DNA of 63,750 nt, the filler included, from Lenisia limosa (lineage: Eukaryota > Protista > Breviatea), in assembly GCA_001655205.1 (NCBI GenBank). It is 15 parts of 15 records of this genome, joined end to end, with 100 filler letters (N's around TTAATTAATTAA, not from the genome) between each part and the next. Parts side by side here need not be neighbours in the genome. Positions count along the whole stretch, not along the records: positions 39,950 to 53,892 come from LPNZ01011618.1; positions 53,993 to 56,143 come from LPNZ01010479.1; positions 56,244 to 58,600 come from LPNZ01001180.1; positions 58,701 to 63,750 come from LPNZ01009612.1; 11 more parts are not named here. One strand, given 5' to 3'. Positions 48,930 to 59,004 of this stretch are shown piece by piece. A program made the position numbers and the translations under genes. Within the stretch, counting starts at the first letter, position 1. The number at the start of each line of letters is the position of its first letter. The notes beneath the pieces were generated by a model. The model saw only the letters and a list, made by a program, of their open reading frames with translations, searched no databases and was not told where the DNA came from.

Positions 48930-51900
48930 TTTTCATAAGCACGTAGCCCCTGGATGATGAAAAACTCGTTATTTTTTGAAATCCATGGAATACAGTAAAA
49001 AGTCATGAGAGCAGCTGTCATCTCAACCAAGAGAAAAAACTATCATATAGATTGGGAGAACTATGGACTATCAAGGTTCAAGAATGCAGTATTTACCATC
49101 AAAACCCTGGGTACCTCCTGGTCGTCGTCAGAGAGTCGAAGCCCCACAACAATCGGCCGCTTGAATCCACAATCATCAAAATTGAAAATCGTGAAATATG
49201 CTGAGGGGGTGAGAATTTCTGAAACTAACATGCATTTGTTTCAGTTACACACCCGAGATAGCACCGAACTCAAGACATCCTTTATTCCTTTCATTTTTTC
49301 AAGAAGAAAAACAACATTCAGGATCACCGTGACCATAATTATGTCATTGAAACACCCACCATTATTGGTGACGCTTCGGACGGTTTTGGTCGGGAATGTA
49401 TAGCGGTTTTCAGGGTCAAGAGGATCTTGGGTATCTGCGAGCGGTTAGATAGAGATATTATTTATCAACCTCTCAATATTGTAGCCCCCCCCCCCCTCCA
49501 GAGGCTCACCAGGTCCGTTGGCNNNNNNNNNNNNNNNNNNNNNNNNNNNNNNNNNNNNNNNNNNNNNNNNNNGTTCACAGTAGACCGTAACCTCCACTTC
49601 CAGCTCAAATGCTCTAAAATGTTCACTTATATGCTTTGTGATCCTCAAAGGGCCCAGGACTAGCAATGATCAAGAACATGTCGATTATCAAGAACAAGTA
49701 AAGGGATCTCTTATTTGGAACATAAAAAATATAGATCCACAAGCCAGATCTCCGACAGATCTAAAAATATATATAATTAGATCTCCGAAAAAAATATCAT
49801 CAAAATTCTCAACGGCCCCTTGGTGAGGGGTCTTTTCTGATAAGAGTGAATTGAAAGAAACATATGAACACGAAAAGACTAATAACACAAGTATTATGTA
49901 AGGAGAAGGTAGGGTGAAACAATAAAGTCGTTATTACTCCCTTCAAACCTCACAAACACAACACGGGCCACAAGCTCCACTACATGGTACTTTGTGATGG
50001 GCTTCTTGAACGCAATTCGGTTCATACTCACAGTGATGAGGGAGTTGTTCCCAGTAAACCGCTTGGCTAAATCGTCATCCAGCAAAGGGAAAATATGAGC
50101 TCGTCATAAACAGTATTAGACCAAAAGTCACACCCCCCACCAGTAAAAGTAGCCACTTGATCCATCCACATCAATACGTCTCCAGAATACAGAAATCCGT
50201 TGGGAAGATACCTGGAGGCTGTGAGTATCTAAAAGTAGTCGAATCAAATGATATCCTTAGATACTTCGAAATAACCGTGTTAGCGTTTTCTCTCATGAGG
50301 GAAAGTTGTATATGGTCCACTTGAATGATAGCCTTTGGAAAATCCCGATTCTAAAACTGACCTGTAAAAGTACTGTTTGCGAATGACAACTTCACTCTCT
50401 TTGATCCTAAAATCGTGAAGGGGGGGGGGGGTGGTANNNNNNNNNNNNNNNNNNNNNNNNNNNNNNNNNNNNNNNNNNNNNNNNNNNNNNNNNNNNNNNN
50501 NNNNNNNAGCATGTCATAGTTGAAACCACAGAGCACGGATTGTCGAATCATCAAGCTATTGATAGTCCTCTTACGATAAGAACTCCCTTCTACTGATTCG
50601 ATTACACGGGTCCTCCACAAGGGCAGCCTGCGTGGGTTAAGTGATACTGCTGGATCGGTATCATTTGAGCATTATCTCATCTTTTGAAAACTCTTAACGC
50701 ACACAACATAATATAATAATATATCAGATTAAATTAATAGTTTAGGAACGCAGTTGTATTGAAACAAAAGAGACAGTATCACCATCACCTGGAAATGGCT
50801 GATTTCGTCAACCTTAGCCTGCATCTTACGCCACTCTGAATGGATCAGACAGATCGTCACCCCCTTATTGGATTCATCTCTTCATCCTGTTTAAATTGAA
50901 AGCAGGAGTCATGCAGTAGTGAAAAATATGACCCTCCCTTCGCACCTTCCGATAATTTGAGTCTCTGTACCGCTTCGGCCTGGGCCAGCCGGTCAGCTTC
51001 TGTGCGGCAACTGGGGGGTAAACAGGACAACCCTAACTATTCATTTCAAAATAACAAACAAACAGTATATAATACTGTAATCATTTGACTACGGGTTTTT
51101 GAAAACACAACACCGTTGTTAAACGTTAAACATGCACATATTAGTTCATGATTTTCAAAACTACACCACGAAAATACGTACTTCAAGATATCATATACTA
51201 ATACTACGTAACTAGGGCTTCCCTACGGTCCCAAAAAGACCAGTAAAATATCGATATGTAAACATTCAGTTTATTTTGTACCGTAAGGAAGCACTAGGTA
51301 ACATGAAAAAAAAGAATAGCCTTGTCATACTCGAGCTTAGGGATGTCCGTGACAGGCCGTCCAGTTGACATGTCAATGGAAACCATTGTAACGTAACACG
51401 AAAGGCAGCGTACAAAGGCCCTGGTTTGCATATCATGACGGTACGCCACCACCTGCAGGAGGCGTGAATGAAAGGGGCTGATAACAATAACAGAAACTCT
51501 GATGTATGGCTCTACCTACGATTGTATTGTTATTTTCTATGTGTTTCATATCACGATCAATCCAATCGCATCTTCTCATATCACGACCATCCAATCGCAT
51601 CTTCTCATATCACGATCATCTAATCACACCTTCTCATATCACGATCATCTTCTAGCTTCAACATTCATCTTTATTACATGTATATTTCGTTTAAAATGAC
51701 TTATCTTACCCCCCCCCCACCCGAACAACCNNNNNNNNNNNNNNNNNNNNNNNNNNNNNNNNNNNNNNNNNNNNNNNNNNNNNNNNNNNNNNNNNNNNNN
51801 NNNNNNNNNNNNNNNNNNNNNNNNNNNNNNNNNNNNNNNNNNNNNNNNNNNGAGAGTGCGGCTGGGATACATTCTGGGAAACACTTTCTTTTGAGTGGTG

Positions 51901-52996
51901 AGTGAAGGGTTCATCTCTTAAAGAACGGTATCTATCCACGTGATGCCGAAAATAGGATAGTACATCACCACGCACAAGATGGGTTTCTCGAGGTCGACTC
52001 TGTCGAAGGAAACAGTAGCAACAGGGCCCTGCACATGGCCCACTCCGACTCTCCCCTGCGATTGATAGTGAATAGCGAAGGCGAATTAATAAACGGTTGT
52101 TCCTGCCTGCTATAATAGAATAAGTCCAGCCCACCGCAAGCAGGTTAATAAAGTCCAATATTTGACCCGTGCAGAGCCTCCTTCCAACTGAATGTTCATC
52201 ACCAACCTGCGGGGGGGGGGGGGNNNNNNNNNNNNNNNNNNNNNNNNNNNNNNNNNNNNNNNNNNNNNNNNNNNNNNNNNNNNNNNNNNNNNNNNNNNNN
52301 NNNNNNNNNNNNNNNNNNNNNNNNNNNNNNGAATAAAAAAAAAGATCAATACCAAAAGAGTCTCAAATGCAATCCTAATATTGATTGGAATACAAGTTGG
52401 ACCAAAGAGAAGAGGTCAAGCCCACCCACCACTTCCGACACGTACGAGGCGCTGTCATCAGGTGACTTCACCCATATTTTTTCTACCTTCTCGTTGCCCT
52501 CTTCTTCTTCGGCCTCATTTGACTTGATGTCCTTTGCTGCCTCCTGAAGCGTTAAAAGCAAGAGGGGATACGTGAGAATAAAACTGATCATCCTAACCAG
52601 AACAAACCAAAAAAATAAAAACCTTTAAGATTGATTCAAAATAGAGCGCTCTGTCGTGATAGATATGTTGGAATACTAATATTAACCAGAAAAGGGCCAC
52701 GATACCACAATTTCTGTTTGGATGGAAATAAATCTGTTTGGAAGATGCACAACTTGCACAACAACAACAACAACAAACGTTAAAAGACAGCTCCCTAAAG
52801 CGAGAAAGGCTCAGCTTACCGAAAGGGCGGATAGCCTCGGTACTTGTGGTGATGTGTTCGGTGAAACGTGGATATTCGGCATCAAGTTGGGGTAGACCAT
52901 GTTGGCCATGTTAGGAATGATGGGCATTGATGGCATAGTTGGGACTCCGTTGTTGAAATACTGCATTTGCCCAGCCATTGGCAGACTCGGGTTCAT
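48930..52996 (-). CDS. Double-hotdog acyl-CoA thioesterase (ACOT7/11/12-like)
   Basis: Two sets of hotdog motifs: GQILDFINLL / VATVSFDRVDLEKPI / CYVTMVSIDMSTGRP and GDVLMWMDQVA / LITVSMNRIAFKKPITKYHVVELVARVVFV. The 3' end, possibly ~48.6 kb, is uncertain. Confidence 0.8.
51213..51297. mobile_element. hAT-like MITE family A2
   Basis: TAGGGCTTCCCTACGGTCCCAAAAAGAC...TACCGTAAGGAAGCACTA. Confidence 0.7.
51545..51648. repeat. ~28-bp tandem repeat x4
   Basis: TCATATCACGA(T/C)CA.(C/T)CAATCGCATCTTC units. Confidence 0.8.
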
Positions 52997-53350
52997 TATA
53001 AATACAGACAGCAGCTAAATATCGTGGAGGTGTTCAAGAGGAGAAAGAAACTTATTCAAAAATTCAATTTTCAGAGAAGTACATCATTTCCACTATATTT
53101 CAGAGCTATATATCCTTTTATACGATTTTATTTGCCAATTTAGAGATAAAACAGGGTTTTTAGGCACGTTTTTTCATATAAGGGACCTACACTGTAAATA
53201 ATGTAAATGCTTTTTGGCGGATTTTTCACATCCAATGCCTCTTTAGCCTTTAATTGTGACTATATAGCAAGGATAGGTTGTGAGGGGCACTAAGAAGACG
53301 CATTAGTGTGGTCTCTTCTGACCGCTCAGCCTCAGCTTGGAGTATCGGTC

Positions 53351-53531
53351 ATGGTTGTCTCTTGCCCTGAATGCAACTCCACTGATATCGAAACGAACCA
53401 TGCGAGTGGAACATCAGCCTGTGTCGAATGTGGAGCTGTGCTTGAGGAAAACCTGATCGTTTCTGAGATCACGTTCTCAGAAGGGAGTGGAGGCCAGTCA
53501 TCTGTTGTTGGGCAGTTCGTTTCTGGATCAA
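53351..53531 (+). CDS. BRF1: TFIIIB subunit BRF1, exon 1
   Basis: MVVSCPECNSTDIETNHASGTSACVECGAVLEENLIVSEITFSEGSGGQSSVVGQFVS: TFIIB zinc ribbon plus the BRF1-specific IVSE..F.E...G.S...GQFV. Confidence 0.85.
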
Positions 53532-55355
53532 GTGAGGGTGGCTTCTGGTAAATTCGTGGTGTTGCTCAAATATTACACACCACAAACAGTTTGTGGTTAG
53601 GTGCTCTTTGGCAGAACTGATGATTTTCACTTGGCTCCGGTCAGATACAACCTTGATATCATATTGCTCATTTCCACATATACTTCAAAGGGATGCTTCA
53701 CAAATTGGAAAGCCTTTTTATGATTCAACGTGCAACTAAGAATTGAAACAGTTCAACATCCGCTTCTGTATTTTATCATCTTCTGTCTTCGTATCGCTCC
53801 TCAGCTTTCATTGAATCTGTTTCAATGGTACAGTGCAGTACTAATCTAACCAAGTGGCTGTCAATATTGGCTTTTTGACAACCGCCACCCCTNNNNNNNN
53901 NNNNNNNNNNNNNNNNNNNNNNNNNNNNNNNNNNNNTTAATTAATTAANNNNNNNNNNNNNNNNNNNNNNNNNNNNNNNNNNNNNNNNNNNNAATATGTT
54001 AAATTGGGGTTTCATTATTTGATTAAGATTGAGATTACTTTCCAAAACTGAAATAGGGTGAACTCAAGCTGTCCGGGAGTTTTGATGTGTCCGGTAATTT
54101 TGAATGATGTCCGGAGCTTTGACTATACATATAATTATTTATATATATATATATATATATGCTCAAGGTCCAAAATGCTCAAGGTCCAAAATTATGTCGT
54201 TATTTCGAATTAATGTCGTTAATTATTTACAGTCGCCAAATCAGCTATTCCCCTTCAAAACAGTAATATATTTCGAGATATACACACTTAGTTTGTTTAT
54301 GAAGGAAAACAAAGAAAAAAAATACCTTTCAAAATTTTTCTCAGCACTTTATCGTGGAAATTTAATTTTTAGCGCCACGCTCGCGCAATTTTTTTCAGTT
54401 TATGCTCGCATTTTTCTCATATGNNNNNNNNNNNNNNNNNNNNNNNNNNNNNNNNNNNNNNNNNNNNNNNNNNNNNNNNNNNNNNNNNNNNNNNNNNNNN
54501 NNNNNNNNNNNNNNNNNNNNNNNNNNNNNNNNNNNNNNNNNNNNNNNNNNNNNNNNNNNNNNNNNNNNNNNNNNNNNNNNNTATGTATAGTTACCGGGAT
54601 AAGTTCCGATTTCCTATGTGATTTAAAGAGTAAAATCGATCAAGACTTATCCAAGTCACTGTATTATATATTATATCATATATATAGATATATGATATAT
54701 TATATGAAATCATTTACAATAATCTGATAAGTGTGTAAAATGAAATTTATTTTCTCGTCTTTTATAATCTGAAGAGTGTGTGAAATGAAATTTATTTTTC
54801 TCGTCTTTTATGTCTCCCTATTGTTTCGTTTATTTCTGCCCACTTTACCTTTTTTCTTGAGTGTTAACGCATTAGGAAAATCAAGCGGGACTTACTTCAT
54901 CAGAGGCGGGCCTGTGGGTGCTGTACTTTCGGAAATATAAAATATCGTTTTTTACTGAGGCTTTTTCGAAGATTCTTATTTTTATTGCAACCGAAAGTAA
55001 AGCTCTAAAATGACACATGCTTCTCGAGATACTACACTAGATACATTATATATTATGTAGTATATAATAAATCAATTTTGTCTCATTGATGTTGTTGGTT
55101 TCTTTCTGTGTCCTTTTTCAAGAACCCTACCCCATTCATACATTCACAATCCCTATTATTTAAAATTCGGAGCAATGGGGGGAAATGTTTAAGGAAAGGG
55201 GCCTTTCTCCCCATCAGCCACCTCAGCTGATAAGATCAAAAGGGAAGAAAAAGAACGCCAAGGAAAACATCATTTTATCTCTTTTTTATACCCGAAAAGT
55301 TCAAGATTATTCAAACTGCTCCAACGATTGATCATATCGCATTTCACAGATTTAG

Positions 55356-55421
55356 ACTGGATCGGTTCGCATGCATTGCGACATGGACTACGACGGCGGA
55401 GGATGGGGGCTTATTACCCAG
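55356..55421 (+). CDS. Exon with a fibrinogen-related (FReD/NEC) motif
   Basis: AG-bounded 66-nt exon TGSVRMHCDMDYDGGGWGLITQ (CDM...DGGGW motif). Confidence 0.5.
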
Positions 55422-55441
55422 GTTCGGGGATGTGTAGTAAT

Positions 55442-55711
55442 TAGGCTTCACTTCAGTTCGCAAAATGCCAGTAAAATATCGATAGTTTTCGAGGAGTTAT
55501 CGAAAAATTCATTCTTTTTTCGAACCGAAGTGAAGCTCTAGTTGTAATTATGTATATGTGTCTGTTTACCCGAGGGGGGTGCGATGGGTGTAATTGTATG
55601 TGATTTATTCCTCGGACTTCCCTACGGTCCGAAAAAGACTGTTAAAAAATATCTAGATTTATCGAGAATTTATCGAGAAATTCAATCTTTGTTGTAACCG
55701 TAGGGAGCCCT
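55442..55711. mobile_element. Two family A MITEs (A1 55442-55540, A2 55612-55711)
   Basis: TIRs visible; A1 copy flanked by GTAGTAAT / GTTGTAAT. Confidence 0.8.
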
Positions 55712-56376
55712 ACGGCAGATTCGGGCACAATGTTCCTCCGAGATACTATCTCAGATCTTCTCAGATCTTCTTGAGAATATTCTTGAAACCTTTGTACTTT
55801 GACCAGATCTTGAGATTTTGACCAGGTCTTGAATATCTTCAATTTATATTCACTTTTCAAACAAATGACAAAACAATGACAAATTTCTTAAACAACCCCC
55901 AAAAACTGTCAATATTATGATAGACCTTCACTTTCGGTTCCAAAAAAGACTGAATTTTCGATAAACTCGTGTGTGTTGCAAGCTTGGGACTATTTTTCAT
56001 AATTTTCCTAATTTTACTTCCCTCAGGTTGCATACGTTTCTCGCTCTGAGCTGAGACTTGTTCCAAGGTAAATGGGCCATGTGCTTTTACAAACACACAA
56101 AGGGCTACACCCATTGGTTGAAGTAATATAGCAGATATATATANNNNNNNNNNNNNNNNNNNNNNNNNNNNNNNNNNNNNNNNNNNNTTAATTAATTAAN
56201 NNNNNNNNNNNNNNNNNNNNNNNNNNNNNNNNNNNNNNNNNNNATGATATGTATGTACTATATGATGGTAGAGCTACATATGATATAGCAATCAGAAATA
56301 AAAGAAAAGGGTATGGTGTGCATTATATAAGTATGCTGGGGAGGCACACAGAAAGCTGTGTGCACAGAGTTGTTGG

Positions 56377-56495
56377 AAAATGATTGGGTGAATTAATATT
56401 ATACTATAATCCAATATCTCTTATAAGCGTGATGTGGACGGCTTCGGCCAGATATACAGTATCTTTATTTTTTTATTTCTCATTGCAATATATAT
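56377..56495 (+). repeat. Dispersed TIR-less repeat family E with GGC-TTCG-GCC hairpin (representative copy)
   Basis: AAATGATTGGGTGAATTAAT...CCAATATCTCTTATAAGCGTGATG(GT)GTGGACGGCTTCGGCCAGATA...; about 10 copies. Confidence 0.8.
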
Positions 56496-56696
56496 GCAGT
56501 ATAGATTACTATATTCATGTGTTTGGAGGGGAGGGGTGAGGGGATCAGTCAATATGTTGATGGGGGTATGATGGTGTGTATTGTGGGGATATATAATATT
56601 TTTTTTCGAAACATTAGAGAATTGCTTGATTAATATCGATATTTACCATCAAACCACAAATAACCTGTCCAGGAACCCCAGCCCTATACCCCAAAT

Positions 56697-56927
56697 ATGA
56701 ACGTCATTGATGAGTATGAGAAGGCTCTTAATAGCACTGGTGAGGCTCTTAATAGCACTGGTGAGGCTCTTAATAGCACTGGTGAGGCTCTTAGTAGCAC
56801 TGGCGAGGCTCTTATTACTATAGAAACGGCAGGAAACAACTTTGTTTTATTTCTCATCTCTATAGTAAATGCCATATCCCTTCGTTCCAGAACCAAAATC
56901 ACTCCCTCTCATGATAGCTTGCTGTAG
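56697..56927 (+). CDS. Exon or ORF with a coding 21-bp repeat (EALNSTG)n
   Basis: GAGGCTCTTAATAGCACTGGT x4-5 in frame. Confidence 0.35.
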   Translation: MNVIDEYEKALNSTGEALNSTGEALNSTGEALSSTGEALITIETAGNNFVLFLISIVNAISLRSRTKITPSHDSLL

Positions 56928-57277
56928 CTATTGAAAAAAAAAAAATTATAAATGAAATTCATTATACTATGTAGCAATGAGAAATAAGAAATAAGGAAGC
57001 CGTCTACACCATCACGCTTATAAGAGATATTGGATTATTGTATGGTATGTATCTACGAAATTCTGTTCTCACTCCAAAGGACGAACCTCGAAAATCTGGA
57101 GCAAAACAGGTAGGGAGGGTGCCATTCGGTAATGGGATGGGTGGAGGGGGTGATACTTGTATTTTACATGAAGAGTGGAAATTCCTAAATAGACTATATG
57201 AATAATCAGATCAAATGATCTAACTCAACACTCCCTCCCAGCAGGCACCCCTATGTCTCCCGGGCTTATTACTGCTG

Positions 57278-57930
57278 CTCAACGCCCCCTTCCGAAGATG
57301 CATACTCCGGTGCGGGCTGATGACAATGACAGAAGTGACAGAAATACCCGCGGTCAACCCGAAGGTTCCACTGAAAATGTTGGGGGATGGGATCATTTCT
57401 CTCCTTGTGTTTTGAAGTAATATAGCCCATATACATACAGCTATTCTCATTTCATCCCTCCTTTTCCATATTCTATGATTTTTCCGTTTTTTTTTCAAAT
57501 GGCACCATTATTTCAATACTAGAGGTTAGCTTCACATGTGGTTTCCACTATAGAAACGTTCCTGGCGTGTTTTGATGTCCGAAACTTTCTAATCGATACT
57601 TCCTCTGTTGAAACAGGAGGCTCAATCACAGGAATTGTTTATATATTAAGAGCAAAATAGAGTACATTACAGAGATCTAAGCCGTCAAGCAATTTACAAC
57701 ATAAGCCAGAATCAGGTTTGTGGCAAAAATAAACTCAAAGTAAAATGGACCTTTCTTCCATTTCTGGAGAAAGTTCACCGCAACAACATTTGGTAATCTA
57801 GAATGTCAGGTTTAGGAATGAAGCTCACATTCACAATAAAAATAGTGCTTAACAACAACCACACTTACAGTAATGCCGCCAACTGGCCTGATCACTTTCT
57901 TATTAGCGTTGAGGTGGACAAGGTTCTCCT
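57278..57930 (-). CDS. 3' end of an unknown gene
   Basis: Exons ENLVHLNANKKVIRPVGGIT, EEVSIRKFRTSKHARNVSIVET, WNLRVDRGYFCHFCHCHQPAPEYASSEGGVEQQ*. Confidence 0.35.
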
Positions 57931-58224
57931 GAACTGTTACCCCCCCCCCCCCNNNNNNNNNNNNNNNNNNNNNNNNNNNNNNNNNNNNNNNNNNNNNNNN
58001 NNNNNNNNNNNNNNNNNNNNNNNNNNNNNNNNNNNNNNNNNNNNNNNNNNNNNNNNGAGTCTATATATAGGTAAATAATGTACCTTATTTAAGGATAGAA
58101 AATCTGGCGACTTTAATTCCACCCCTTGTGTTTCTGGCCAATAAAGTTGATTTTGGACTTTTTTGTTTCATTATATTTTTTTTCCAAACCAAAAACAGTC
58201 TTTCACTCACCCTCCCCACCCCAG

Positions 58225-58329
58225 GAGGAATTGGCATCGTTATATCGCGCAATTGCAGAGGATGAAGCAAACGTCCACAACGCCCTCGAGTCCCTCAAAA
58301 GGAATGCGCACAGATTGCAGGCCGTCAAT
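58225..58329 (+). CDS. Isolated coiled-coil exon
   Basis: CAG|GAGGAATTG... EELASLYRAIAEDEANVHNALESLKRNAHRLQAVN |GTGGGG. Confidence 0.35.
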
Positions 58330-58600
58330 GTGGGGGTTAAGGAATGCTGTCAATGTGAGGGTTAAGGAATGTCAATGTGAGGGTTGAGGAATGCTGTCAA
58401 TGTGAGGGTTGAAATGCTGTCAATGTGAGGGTTGAGGAATGCTGTCAATGTAAGGGTTGAAATGCTGTCAATGTGAGGGTTGAAATGCTGTCAATGTGAG
58501 GGTTGAGGAATGCTATCAATGTGAGGGTTGAGGAATGCTGTCAATGTGAGGGTTGAGGAATGCTATCAATGTGAGGGTTGAGGAATGCTATCAATGTGAG
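58322..58600. repeat. 23-25-bp minisatellite, at least 12 units, running into a gap
   Basis: GCT(G/A)TCAATGTGAGGGTTGAGGAAT units. Confidence 0.9.
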
Positions 58601-59004
58601 NNNNNNNNNNNNNNNNNNNNNNNNNNNNNNNNNNNNNNNNNNNNTTAATTAATTAANNNNNNNNNNNNNNNNNNNNNNNNNNNNNNNNNNNNNNNNNNNN
58701 TCATACACTATTTCACCTATTACAGAATACAGCATTAGTGTTCATCTGCTTTGGCATCTTTCCAAGCTGTAATAGCGAAAAAACTGCTATATTATTGAGC
58801 AACGTTAATTTAACCCATTTTAGAGGGAATTCGTATTGCTAGATTAGGGTACCCTAGTAGAGTCAAATTTGACGATTTTGTGGAGAGGTTGGGGGGGGGG
58901 GTCATTCTTAGCTATTCTTTAATTAACGTATAAAAATNNNNNNNNNNNNNNNNNNNNNNNNNNNNNNNNNNNNNNNNNNNNNNNNNNNNNNNNNNCCACC
59001 CTAG

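Noticed and set aside
54876-54915. KSSGTYFIRGGP as BRF1 exon 2
   Set aside because: Phase would fit, but it lies across a linker and has no convincing BRF1 similarity.
58322-58600. CRISPR-like array (also considered for the family A repeats)
   Set aside because: Units are contiguous with no unique spacers; family A copies are irregularly dispersed with TSDs; no cas genes; eukaryotic context.
9167-58700. Recurrent TTAATTAATTAA motif in N-runs as a biological repeat, and gene clustering across it
   Set aside because: Fixed 44N-12-44N cassette with stops in six frames is an assembly linker; genes are cut at it and do not resume, so cross-linker synteny was not interpreted.
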